From assembly GCA_043228905.1 (NCBI GenBank), contig JBHGNT010000018.1, positions 11,408,001 through 11,472,000 of the forward strand: 64,000 nucleotides of DNA, in the 5' to 3' direction. The position numbers and the translations under genes are program-made. The notes below the pieces were generated by a model. That model saw nothing but the letters and a program-made list of their open reading frames with translations. It did not search any database and was not told the origin of the DNA. Below are positions 38,725-49,878 of this stretch, piece by piece; position 1 is the first letter of the stretch, and every line of letters starts with the position of its first letter. This stretch comes from Azolla caroliniana. Taxonomy: Eukaryota > Plantae > Polypodiophyta.

Positions 38725-41700
38725 TCAATTAGATTCCTCCATGTCTTCATTTTCATCCGGCCTATTATGTTCATCGTCGAGGTAATTGAGGTCAGGATCC
38801 TTGTCTTGTCTTTTCTTGAAAAGCTTTACTCTTTTTCCCGCAATGGGTACGGCCAACCTTGATCCGTCTAGTTCCACAAGGTGGTATGTGGCATTATCCT
38901 TGGCACTTGTCACCACATACAGCCCGAACCATCTTCTTGTGAACTTCCTTGTTGTACTATGTTGATTGGCAAGGGTGTTGTCGTAAACCAAAACCCAATC
39001 CCCTTCTTCAATCTTCTTGGGACGAAGTCGATGCGTGTTGTCGAACCGAACTTTGTTCTTTACACGGGCTGCCTTCATCATCTTTCGCGCTTTTTCTAAA
39101 TCTTCAGGTCTTCTTTCAAGTTTCCTAATCCACACCGCTAATAACTCTTCTCGGCTCATCTCGTTCTCCCACGGTATCACTACCCATGAGGCGATCGTCC
39201 TTTCGATGGGCATAGTCGGCTTTTGTCCATACATAAGCTCCGTTGGCATATACCCTGTCACCGAGCTATGTGTCGTTCTATCGGCCCACAAGGCATAGGG
39301 TAATAGTCGTGGCCAATTCCCGACTCGACCGTTGCATGCCCGTACGATGGCTTTAACGATAGGTCCATGCCCTCGCTCGATCTTGCCATTTGCTTCCGGA
39401 TTGTAGGCAGTCGTGAGGGAGAGCTTCACGCCTAGTCTTTCGAAGAGCTCTGTCGCTTCGTGCGCGTCCAACTCCCCTCGGTCGGCCACTATCTTCCCTA
39501 CACATCCATATCGGCAAACAACATCTTCAAGTAAAAATTTACAAACGGCTGAAGTCGTCTTATTTGTCAAGGCTCGTCCTTCCACTTGATTTGTCAAGTC
39601 TTCCCTTACGAGCGCTAAGTACTTCATTTGTCCCACTCCCATTGGCATCGAGACCAGATCCACCATCCATTTGAAGTGAATGGTGAGTGGGTATGTCGGC
39701 TTTAACTCATCACGATGATGTATATTTGAATATATTTGGCAAGTTTCACATGTGGACACGAAATGGAGTACATCTTTGTACATGCTTGGCCACCGGTACT
39801 TCTCCTTCATTTTTTCGAACGTCGCCCATGTTCCTCTATGACCTGCCCAAGCACTCTCGTGGAATTCGGTCATCAGCGTCTCTTGCTCTTCTTTCTTTAC
39901 CACCACTCGATGTGGTATTCCTGTCCTTCTTTTTGGATGTCGCCAAAGGAATCCTCCCTTCAAGAACTATCGATAAGCTTTCTTTCGGATTCGTAGGGCA
40001 TCCTCCTTTGTCAACGAAGCATTTGTCGTCAATGTTCTTAGGAATCTACCGATGAGTAACCACTCTCCTTCGTACTCGTTCTCGTTGAAGGCGTGGAGGG
40101 TTTGCGTGTCCTGGTCTTCCGCCGACAATCGAGCCATCTTGAAGAAGTCGAGGGCGACATCTTCATCTTCCGAAACCATGTTACTTCCATTTGAAAATCT
40201 TGCCCTCGACAGCATGTCAGCCATGGCGTTCTTCTTCCCTGCGATGTGACGGATCTCTGGGTTTAAAGACTTGATGTAGGCGATCCACCTTAGCATAGCA
40301 AGATCTGGGGTCACACATCCCGAGACCATTCCGAGAATTGGGAGACAATCTGTCTCTATTATCAGTTCTGACCCGATCAGGTAATCTTTGTCCGTCTTCA
40401 CTGCCGACACAATACCCCAAAGTTCCCGCTTGACTTGGGCATATCTTTGTTGCCGTTCGCTGAGAACCTTTGCTCCGAACCGGACGGCATATTGCGCATT
40501 ATCTTCACCTTCTTGATTGATGACCCACCCGATTCCGGTTCGGCTCGTATCTACAATCACGTAAATTGGTTTCCCTTCAGCATAGTCGGCCTTCCTTAGT
40601 GCCGGAGCTTCAAGAAGCAGTTTCTTTAATCTTCGCATCGTCTCTGTGTGCTCGTCTCGCCATTCGAACTTTATTCTTTTCTTTAGTAATCCATATAACG
40701 GTTCGGCGACATGAGCGTAGTGAGGAATCCATATATGATAAAACGCGCACGCTCCAAGGAACCTTCGAACCTCCGTTTGGTTTTCGCATTCTTCTTTCAT
40801 GTCTTGGATTGGGTTCACTTTGGATGGCGAGGGCTTTTGGCCGTATGCTCCACACAAGTGACCTACCACCAAGATCTCCGGTTGCCCGAATGCAGATTTT
40901 TCTCCCGAAAATGTCAAATTCGCATCTTCGAGCCTTTGAAGCACCTTCTCGCAATCTTTCATATGATCCGCAACGAACTTTCTACAACCTTCCTTATCTT
41001 TCGATTCATCTTTCTCCTCATCTGAACATCCTTTTATCGGAATATCATCCAAGAATGGCATCGTGATGTCCAGAATGCAATCCTTCAAGACTTTATTCAT
41101 GGCATTAACCATATGAGCCACCGAGTTCGTTGCGCCTTGGGGTAAGGTACACATCCGCACAAGCCCGATCGGAGTCCTCATGGTTGCAATGTCCCGACTG
41201 TCGATCGCCAATTGGAATTGGTCATATCCGGAGTAGAGATCGCCAATGGAGTAGATGGACCGGCTCGCAAACGCTTCGGCAAATTCGTCCACGCTCGGAC
41301 CGATTCCGGCATTTCGAATTGTCACCTTGTTGACGGGTTGAAGATCTTGGATGAATCGCAATGATCCATTCTTCTTCGGCACCGTGAACCACCTATTGGA
41401 ATAAGGAGCATTCGACGGTTCTAGAATTCCCATACTCACCTTCTCCTTTAAGAGCTCGATCAACTTCGGAAGGTGTGCTCTCGGAACCGGTATCGGTTTC
41501 AAATTCCAAGGCATATGAGGCACCGTGAAGATCACCATTGGCTCTATAACCTTTGGGTCGGCGCATCCGATTTCTCGTGGGAAGAATGCAAAAGCCTTCC
41601 CATGTCTCTCAAGCATATCGCGAAACATTCGCTCCTCTTCAGGGAGAAGGAAATCCTCCTTTCCAACTCGTAGCTTCCCCCTCGTCTCTTTGGTGAAGTC

Positions 41701-44414
41701 ATGACCTATCTTCTTCGGATCTCTTAAGCTTGGATCGTTAGCGACTTCCTTCATCTTTTGCCAACTATCTTCCGGTAGCGGAACCGCAATTGGCTTGATC
41801 TTCTTATCCACCGTTTTATATTTCGTGTTGATGTCAGCTTCCTTCATCGAGATTCCACGACGGTATTCATCGATGATAGCGTACATGTTGACGGAGTTAA
41901 CCGAAATCACACATTGGTTGTGAAGATAGCTCAAGTCCACGACGTCCTCGATTTCGCCGATGGTGTCGTTAAATGAGGCTTCTTCCATAATATGAGTCAC
42001 GAACTCTCCTTCTTCTATAATGTTCTCTTCTTTCAGCATCTTCTCGAATTCTTGCATCCGACGCTTGTGCTTCCTGTCGGGTAGTACTAGTTTACATGCG
42101 CCACTAGGTGTGACACATGTTGCTTCTCCTTGCAATCCATGCACTCTTCTTTCTTGTGGGGTCTTTTGATTGCTCGGACTATTTGTGCCCCATGCTTCAA
42201 TAGTCCGCTCTAAAAATCCGAGGATTCGCCTCCGAGACTATCTCTATTCCTTTCATGATTGGCTCGCACTGTTAGGAATTGGACCGATCTTTGGTTGTCA
42301 AGACTCTTTATTCGTGCGAAGGCTGCTCCATTATCGAACACTTCGGTCTCCATCCGAGATGATGTGATATAAGGTTTCCCTAGGATGACAGGATGCGACG
42401 CCGATTCTTGTACGAAGAAGTGTTGATCCATCTCCACATCCCCGATCGTGACTTTGACATTGGGACAAGCTCCGTACAAATCCTCCGTAGACTTTGTTGC
42501 CGCGCGAATCTTCCATCCGTGGTTTGTATTGATTGGCCATCTTCCCTTTTTGTAGAAGTCGGTTGACATGAGGTTGATCTCCGAGCCGTGGTCGATCAGG
42601 GCTACAACGGTCTCTTTCTTCTCCCCGATCTTCACCGGCGTCTCCGTTGTCGCTCGTGCCCAATGAGGTCGAGTGTAGTGGCTGTCCACCATATCTTCAT
42701 CGATTTCGTCTCTTGCCATCGTTATGGCATTCGTTTTTGCTTTCTGCGGCTTCTCTTCTTCCTCGTCCGATTGTTGTCTCTTTCTCTTAACAAGGTCCAC
42801 AATCGTGTCATGGAACTCCTTCTTCGTAATGCCAAGCAATTCCCTCAAGGACAAAGTTACGTGGCTATCAAGAACTCGTTCTTCGAGAATCTTCTTTAGG
42901 TCCGTCGTCTGCTCTATGTCCGACCTTAGCTTATAGGTAGGTATGGTCCTTGTCCTCTGAGCGGGGTCTTCGACACCAACCTTCACGGGCCGAACCGTTT
43001 CTTCAACTCGTATGCTTGGCTCCCCTTTTCGGCTTGATTCTCGTTCCTCCGTTTGTAAAGGTCGACTCGTCTCTGCATCGTCCTTCTTTTTCGCATTCCT
43101 TGTTTCATGTCTTTTTGATGGCCCTTGCTCTTCTATTCTCTTTCTCTTTTCTTCGACGAACACCTCGTGGTTGTCGCACATCACCTCTGCGAGTATGGTG
43201 TTGTCGTCCACCGGATCCGACCACCCGGTTATGCTTTGCACACTTCGGTCCGCAAGCTCTACCTCGTTCGATGTGATTTTTCCCTTCTTCTCATATTTTG
43301 AGAACGGAAGTCCAAAACTTTGCTCCCGCTCTAGCAGCTTCAGTCTTGTCTTTCCCGACTCTTATTCCGGCCAACGCAACATAGTGCATCGCATCCACAT
43401 GAGTCGCATCGGCATCCTCCATAGATCTCTTCATTCCTCCTCTTCCGAAATTCACCCATAGGGGTCTTCTAGTCTCGCTTGAGCAGATCATGTTGTCCTC
43501 TATGTATACGATATTTTGTCGAATCGCCTCTCGAAGGCTCGCACAATCCCTTCTCATGTGGTCCATGCTATCGCACCACACGCATCTAAAGGGTTCTTTT
43601 CCTTTAGGGCCCCGACGATTCATGTTGGCTAGAGTGACCTTCTCGAACTTCTTCGCTAGCTCTTCAATGATGTCGTCATCAATCTTCTTTTCTTCCACGT
43701 TACTTTGTCTTGGCGGCTCAACTACTTTCGGCGGTCTTGCTTTCTCCGTGGTAGTCGGTCCCGTCAAGTCGGTGTCATCAACCCATTGGCGACGCTTGTC
43801 GAGCCTATTGCATGCCCGCTTCACCGTGATCCAGTCCGCTACGAGCCCATTTGCTGGGTATCATCTTCGAGAAGAGTCCCCAACTCCCGTCTATCCTTTA
43901 TGTCCACGGCCTTCAAGAAGTACAAAGTCTTGTCCTCTTCAAGCAACACTTGGTCCGTATTGGGGAGACGACTAAACATTTGGTCGAATTCGTCGTACAC
44001 CCTCGAGACGCTCATCTTCTTATTCTTCTTCTCTATCCACTTCATCAGGGCATGTCGAGTCATCCTCGTTGAGTCTTCAGTCACGAACTCCGCTAGTATC
44101 GTTTTCTCGAACTCGGACCATGTTGTCTTACCTTCTTGAAGCTCGATGACGCGTCTTTGGATGTTGTTGGCGACAACTCTCTTGAAGCTTGCGATTTGAC
44201 GTGCCTCGGACACGTCCCTTTGATTCATCTCCCTCTTATATGCATCAAGGAACTTCGTAACGTTCCTTCCATCGAATTGGCCCTCGAGCTCTACGACACG
44301 ATCGACAGCCTTCTCCACGCTCGCGTCGTTGTCCTGAGATCTCATCATTTGCTCGACGATTAGCATCATCCTTTCGAGCTCTCCTGCTTGGTTGCTTGAG
44401 GACGCCATCTCCAA
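38725..44414 (-). pseudogene. gag-pol: G3 gag-PR (44414-42210, frameshifted) and RT-RH-INT (42213-38725, one stop at 39967)
   Basis: CVWCDSMDHMRRDC knuckle; LIDHGSEIN; FLDD; INT H..H..CETC, VDL, ADRGE, IERGH; no chromodomain. Confidence 0.93.
42157..42219 (-). promoter_or_regulatory. predicted -1 frameshift signal in G3
   Basis: G GAT TTT TAG; stem CGGACTATT/AATAGTCCG; TGGGG/CCCCA second stem; the 725-aa pol ORF is in the -1 frame. Confidence 0.8.
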
Positions 44415-44868
44415 GTATTAATCTCGACTTGATCCTTCCTACCGCCTCTTTCACGTCGGGTTCACCACTTCTTTATGTCGTGAAGATCCGTCACTACGCG
44501 CGGATCGTGATGCGGAACCGCCGGGGTTCTTGACCAGAAGGATTTAGAGTCGATACAAGCTTTGGCGAGAAAGTACTTAAGATAGATTGGGAAAGAGAGA
44601 AGATGAGATTACACGATTGATTTGATAACGAATTTCTTCTTCTTAATTTTCATAAAAAACCCGTGTTTTTTCTCCTCCCCCTTCCCTCTTTTATAGATGC
44701 TCTCATGCATATGATGCATGTGAGGGTACAAGACATGCATAAATTGCATGTTTGCCATTTGGCGCTTAAGTATTACATGTGGTGCATGCTAACCATGTCA
44801 CTCATTTTAGCTCTCATGTATGAGAATTTACATGTAAAAGTACAATGATAGAAATATAATTTCAACTA

Positions 44869-44939
44869 AATAACATGGCTTAATGGTAAGCCAATTGACT
44901 CCTAACTTGGAGGTGCAAGGTTTGAATCCATACTTGCCC
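44869..44939 (+). promoter_or_regulatory. second copy of the tRNA-like element in the G3 5' LTR (B box C>T)
   Basis: Identical to 38012-38082 except GGTTTGAATCC. Confidence 0.7.
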
Positions 44940-47900
44940 TCCTTGTATGTGTAAATATGTATATATATTTATATATTTATTTTATCTAGTCGTCGGACGC
45001 CGGTTCGCCAGATATCGGTGCCTCGTCGGATGCCGCCGCCGGATGCCGGTGCCGCCGCCGGATGCCGTCGGTTACCGGTGCCGCATGCCGCCGCCGGATT
45101 GCGGTCGGATGCCGTCGGATCACCGGCTCTATCGCCGGTCCGGTTTTGGTTGGTCAAAACCCTTTACGAGTAGCTAGCCACCTCCACTCTTAGTTCAAGT
45201 TACCTTGAACTCTCTATGCTCCACACATAGACACAAAGATAATATCTTTTGCTCCACCTTATATATGATGAGAGCCGTATTTGTCGTGCCTATGTGGGAT
45301 ATCTCACAATTTTCTCTTTTCTTTTCACAAACTTTATACCCTCATATCTTGACATTTAGTTGTCCATTTCTCGTGTAATAAAGTGCATTCGAAACCTCCA
45401 TCATTTTGTACTTAGATATTAAAAATGTTATCTTTACAATTATTGTATTACGTGATTCATACTCGATTTCGTACGTTTTATGGGATTTTCACACTATTGC
45501 GTAGACCCGACTGACGATGGTAGAACCAATGGTGATCTTCACGGTACTGCATGTACCGTGGAACCTCAAACCGATCCTGGTACCTAGAGCTCACATCTTG
45601 AAGCTGATGGAGCTGCTAAAATAGAAGGTGGATATGGGCATCCTCGAACTGTCGAGTGCCCCATATTCTAATCGGTGGTTTACCGTGCCCAAGGAGAACG
45701 GCACGTTGCGCTCCATTCAGAACCTACAACCAGTCAACAAGGTGACCATTCGGAATGTAGGAATCAGACCAACCATAGACGAATTCGCGGAGGCCTTCGC
45801 CGGAAGGTCAATTTACTCAGTCGGTGATCTGTACTCGGGATACGATCAGTTCCAACTAGCCATGGAGAGCAGGGACATTACGAGGATGCGGACTCCTCTC
45901 GGCCTAGTACGGATGTATACCCTTCCGCAAGGAGGGACGAACTCGGTAGCCCACATGGTGAACGCAATGAACAAAGTGTTGAGGGATTGTATCCCGGACA
46001 TCGCCATGCCATTCTTAGACGATATCCCGATCAAAGGATGCCCGATGGAGGATAAGAATGAGACAATTGGACCAGACGGATGCCGAAAGTTCATGGCGGA
46101 CCACGTCGATGACTGCGAGAAGGTGCTGCAAAGACTAGAAGGTGTGAGGTTTACCTTCTCCAGGGAAAAATCGGCCTTCGGGCAATCAAAGATCATGGTC
46201 GTTGGACACCTATGCGGGCCATTCGGTCGAAAACCGTCGCCGGCCAAGGTAGAGGCCATCTCCGTGATGAAGCGCGACTGCAATTCGGTCATGGAAGTCC
46301 GGAGATTCTTAGGAGCATGCGCGTTCTACCATATCTGGATCCCGCAATACGCCCATGTCGCGGAGCCACTCTATGGATTGCTGAAGAAAGGGCATAAATT
46401 CGAGTGGCGGAGGAGCATACGGAGTCGGTCCGGAAAATGAAAGAAGCACTTGCTGTGGCGCCGACACTTTGGAAAGTGGTCTACGGTAAAGACATTCCGA
46501 TTTACGTGACCGTAGACACGAGTCCGACCGGAATCGGATGGGTGATCAACCAGGAGGATGAGAATGGCACGAGGTTCCCCATCCAGTTTGGCGTGGAAGT
46601 CCTCAGTGAACGACAACGAGGGTACGCCCATGTTAAATGCGAACTTTGGGGTATCGTTTCGGTGGTCAAGGCCGACAAAGACTACCTGATCGGGATGGAG
46701 GTGATAATCGAGACAGACTGCCTGCCAATTCTCGGTATGATCTCCGGATGCGCGACGCCAGACCCGGCAATGCTTAGGTGGATAGCGTACATCAAGTCCC
46801 CGAATCCGGATATACGACACATTTCCGGAAAGGACAATGCCATGGTCGACATGCTTTCGAGAGCGAGATTCGATGATGAGGACGGCATGGTTTCGGAGGA
46901 CGAAGAAGTCGGCGTGGACTTCTTCAAGACAACTTATGTAACAACAAGAAAGGGGAGCACTTCGGCGCTTAGCGAGTTCGACGAGAGCAAGTACAACGGG
47001 GAGTGGCTCCAGATCGGCGGTTTCCTGAAGACAATGACATTGGATGTGGCGTGGATGAAGGAAGAGACCAACCGGATTCGGAAGAAAGCGTACCAATTCT
47101 TCTTACGAGATGGGTGCACATGGAAGCACCCGAAGAAGAGAAACGACATCCCACTCTGGGTTGTGGCGAAGAAAGAGGAACGGGTGGAACTGCTGACGAC
47201 GTACCACGAGAGTCCCTGAGCCGGGCACTGCGGGACGTGGGCCACATTCGAGAAACTAAAGGGGAAGCACTAGTGGCCGGGACTATACCGGGACTTGCAT
47301 TGGTTCGTGACGGCTTGCGAAAGCTGTCAGATGCACTTCAAAGTCCGACATCGGGACGAGCTCCACCCGACTTACCCTCTGACCATCCACTTCAAGTGGA
47401 TGGTGGATCTGGTGACGATGCTGATGGGGGTAGGGCAGATGCGATATCTGGTGCTGGCTCGAGAGGACCTGACAAACCAAGCGGAAGGCCAAGCGTTGCC
47501 GAACAAAACGACCGTGACCATGTGCCGATTTCTGATCAAAGAGGTGGTATGCCGGTACGGGTATGTAGGAAAGATCGTAGCTGACCGCGAAGAATTGGAC
47601 ACACAAGAGGCTAAAGAGTTGTTTGACCGGCTAGGGGTTAAACTCTCGCTCACCACAACATACAATCCGGAGGCGAACGGGAAGGTGGAACGCGGACACG
47701 GGCCGATCGTCAAAGCATTAGTGCGGGCATGTGGAGGCCAAGTCAGAAACTGGCCGCGTCTCTTACCCTATGTGTTGTGGGCCGACCGAACTACACACAG
47801 TTCGGTAACCGGGTTCATGCCGGCGGAGCTGATGTACGGGCAGAAGCCAATCATGCCAATGGAGTGAACGATCTCCTCATGGGCCACAGTGGACTGGAGA

Positions 47901-48064
47901 GACGAGATGAGCTGGGAGGAGCTGTTAGCGGCGTGGATCCGACAGCTCGAGCGAAGACCGGAGGATGTGGAACGAGCTGCGGAAAAGCTGCGGGCCGCGA
48001 GGGTAAAGAACAAGGGACAATTTGACCAGACTCACCGACTAAGGCCAAAGAAAATCGAGGAAGG

Positions 48065-48887
48065 TGTTGGGAGACAGGTCCCTCCGGATGGGAAGGAAGA
48101 AGAACAGTGCCGACGAACAAACTCGGCCGAGGCCGAAACGGTATGAGGAGAACCCGGCTACGGAGAACCGGATGATATAGACCCGGTGAAGACCAAATGA
48201 GGAGTACCCGGCTACGGAGAGCCGGATGATATAGACCCGGTGAAGACCGGATGAGGAGTACCCGGCTACGGAGAGCCGGATGGTGCAGGCCCGGTATGAA
48301 CCGGATGAGGAGTACCCGGCTACGGAGAGCCGGATGGCGCAGGCCCGGTACGAACCGGATGAGGAGTACCCGGCTACGGGGAGCCGGATGGTGCAAGCCC
48401 GGTATGAACCGGATGAAGAGACATATTCGTAAATATGTTTCTGAGAGCCCATCGAGGCTACATTTGTAAATAGCCGAAAAGTCATATTAGTACAAATATG
48501 ACTTAGGGCAAACTTTTAATGTGTTGTTGTTGTTACTTTTCTTGTTGGTGCAAGAAGAAGAGAGAGCACGTTATAGTGTACAGAGTGAGAGAGAGAGAAA
48601 GAAGTCGTTGCCTCTGTTGTAACCGCCGCCTGTGGCGAAGAGCGTGAGTCCGAGGTCGTTGCCTCCGAGAACTCACTGTTTTGTACATTCATACATAGTG
48701 ACAGTTTGCAGCCTGTGGGCTGCCATGGTTTTTCCCCCTAGTTTGGGGTTTTCCATGTAAACCTCCTATGTAGTGTGTGTGTATCTTCCTCTCCTTTGTA
48801 TCGTGTTTTATTTCCCGTTTTTCTGTGTATGAAAAGAATCTCGGTTGTGGCCGAGCGTTGCGCATAAGGAACGTTGGGTTCCTGTCA
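48065..48887 (+). mobile_element. Copia-A solo LTR in the G1 integrase
   Basis: TGTTG...GTCA; perfect TSD GAAGG; host KIEEG|DWVLVY. Confidence 0.96.
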
Positions 48888-49878
48888 GAAGGCGATTGGG
48901 TTCTGGTGTATGACAACAACCTTGACAACGAACACAAGGCGATGCGGAAGTTCGCAAGAAGGTGGTTCGGTCCTTACGTGGTGATAAGCGCCAACGACAA
49001 TGGGACCTACCACCTCGCGGAGCTTGACGAGACAAGGATGGCAGTACCGGTGGCTGGGAAAAGGATCAAAGTGTTCAAAAAGCGGCACGAGGACGAACAG
49101 GACCCGGATGACTTGGATGGTGAGGGCGACCGGTTCGGAGCGAATGGCGATCCGGAGGACGAAGGGTAAGCGCGGGCCGGTCTTCTCTGACAAGAGTCTA
49201 TTTTGGCGCATATCGGTGGATGCGCGGTTAGGTGGGGATGGATGTCGTGGAGAAAACCATCCCTAGGCAGAATCGGAGAATGATGTGTGTGAACCGGCCT
49301 TACACGTGGGCACAAGTTTTTTTGTAGTGTACATAATTAGGTGCAAGTTGGCTGACGTGAATATCCTAGGTCGCACGGATTTGATAGGTAGGAGATCGAG
49401 GCATATCTCTGTTCGAAAGGACAGAGAATAAAGATGATGTAACGAGTTGTAACGACCTCCCTCCTTGGGCTATAAAAGAGAGGGAGAGGAATCGTAAAGG
49501 GGATCGCTTTTGTCGAGGACGAAGTGCTGTCGGAGTGGGACTGAGATCTTCTCCTCCGTCTTTCTCTGTATTTGCACTGTGCAAGTTTTCGAGAGGCTGA
49601 CTTTGCTCCGTGGAACACCCGAGTGCTTCCAGTAGAGTCTCCATCTCGCTCTTCTGTGTGCGTGTGCATAGGCGTAGGAGATTTTTCGCTCACTGGCCTG
49701 TCGGTTGTAACCCCCTTTTCATTGGAATATATATATACACATATACGCATTCGTCTTGTTTCCGTTGTTTCATTCGGTTGTGGTTTTTGTGTATCCGCGT
49801 GTGTGTGTGCGGAAGAATGGCCGTTGTCTGTCTTACTCCTACTCCCGAATGGTTATTCCTCGGTCCAAGACCCCCATG

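Larger units (their letters stand above)
37618..45500 (-). mobile_element. G3: near-complete tRNA-Trp-primed gypsy related to G1
   Basis: 3' LTR 37618-38652; PPT 38653-38669; PBS 44450-44467; 5' LTR 44476-45500 (outer ~15 bp deleted); TSD GCGT restores host EIGCV|DP. Confidence 0.94.
33951..49169 (+). pseudogene. gag-pol: G1 gag-PR (33951-35592) and pol (35583-36104, ~37493-37617, 45501-48064, 48888-49169), decayed
   Basis: PR LVDHGSEIN; RT MPFLDDIPIKG; RH VDTSPTGIG; INT VADREELD, NGKVERGH; collinear with G3. Confidence 0.9.
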
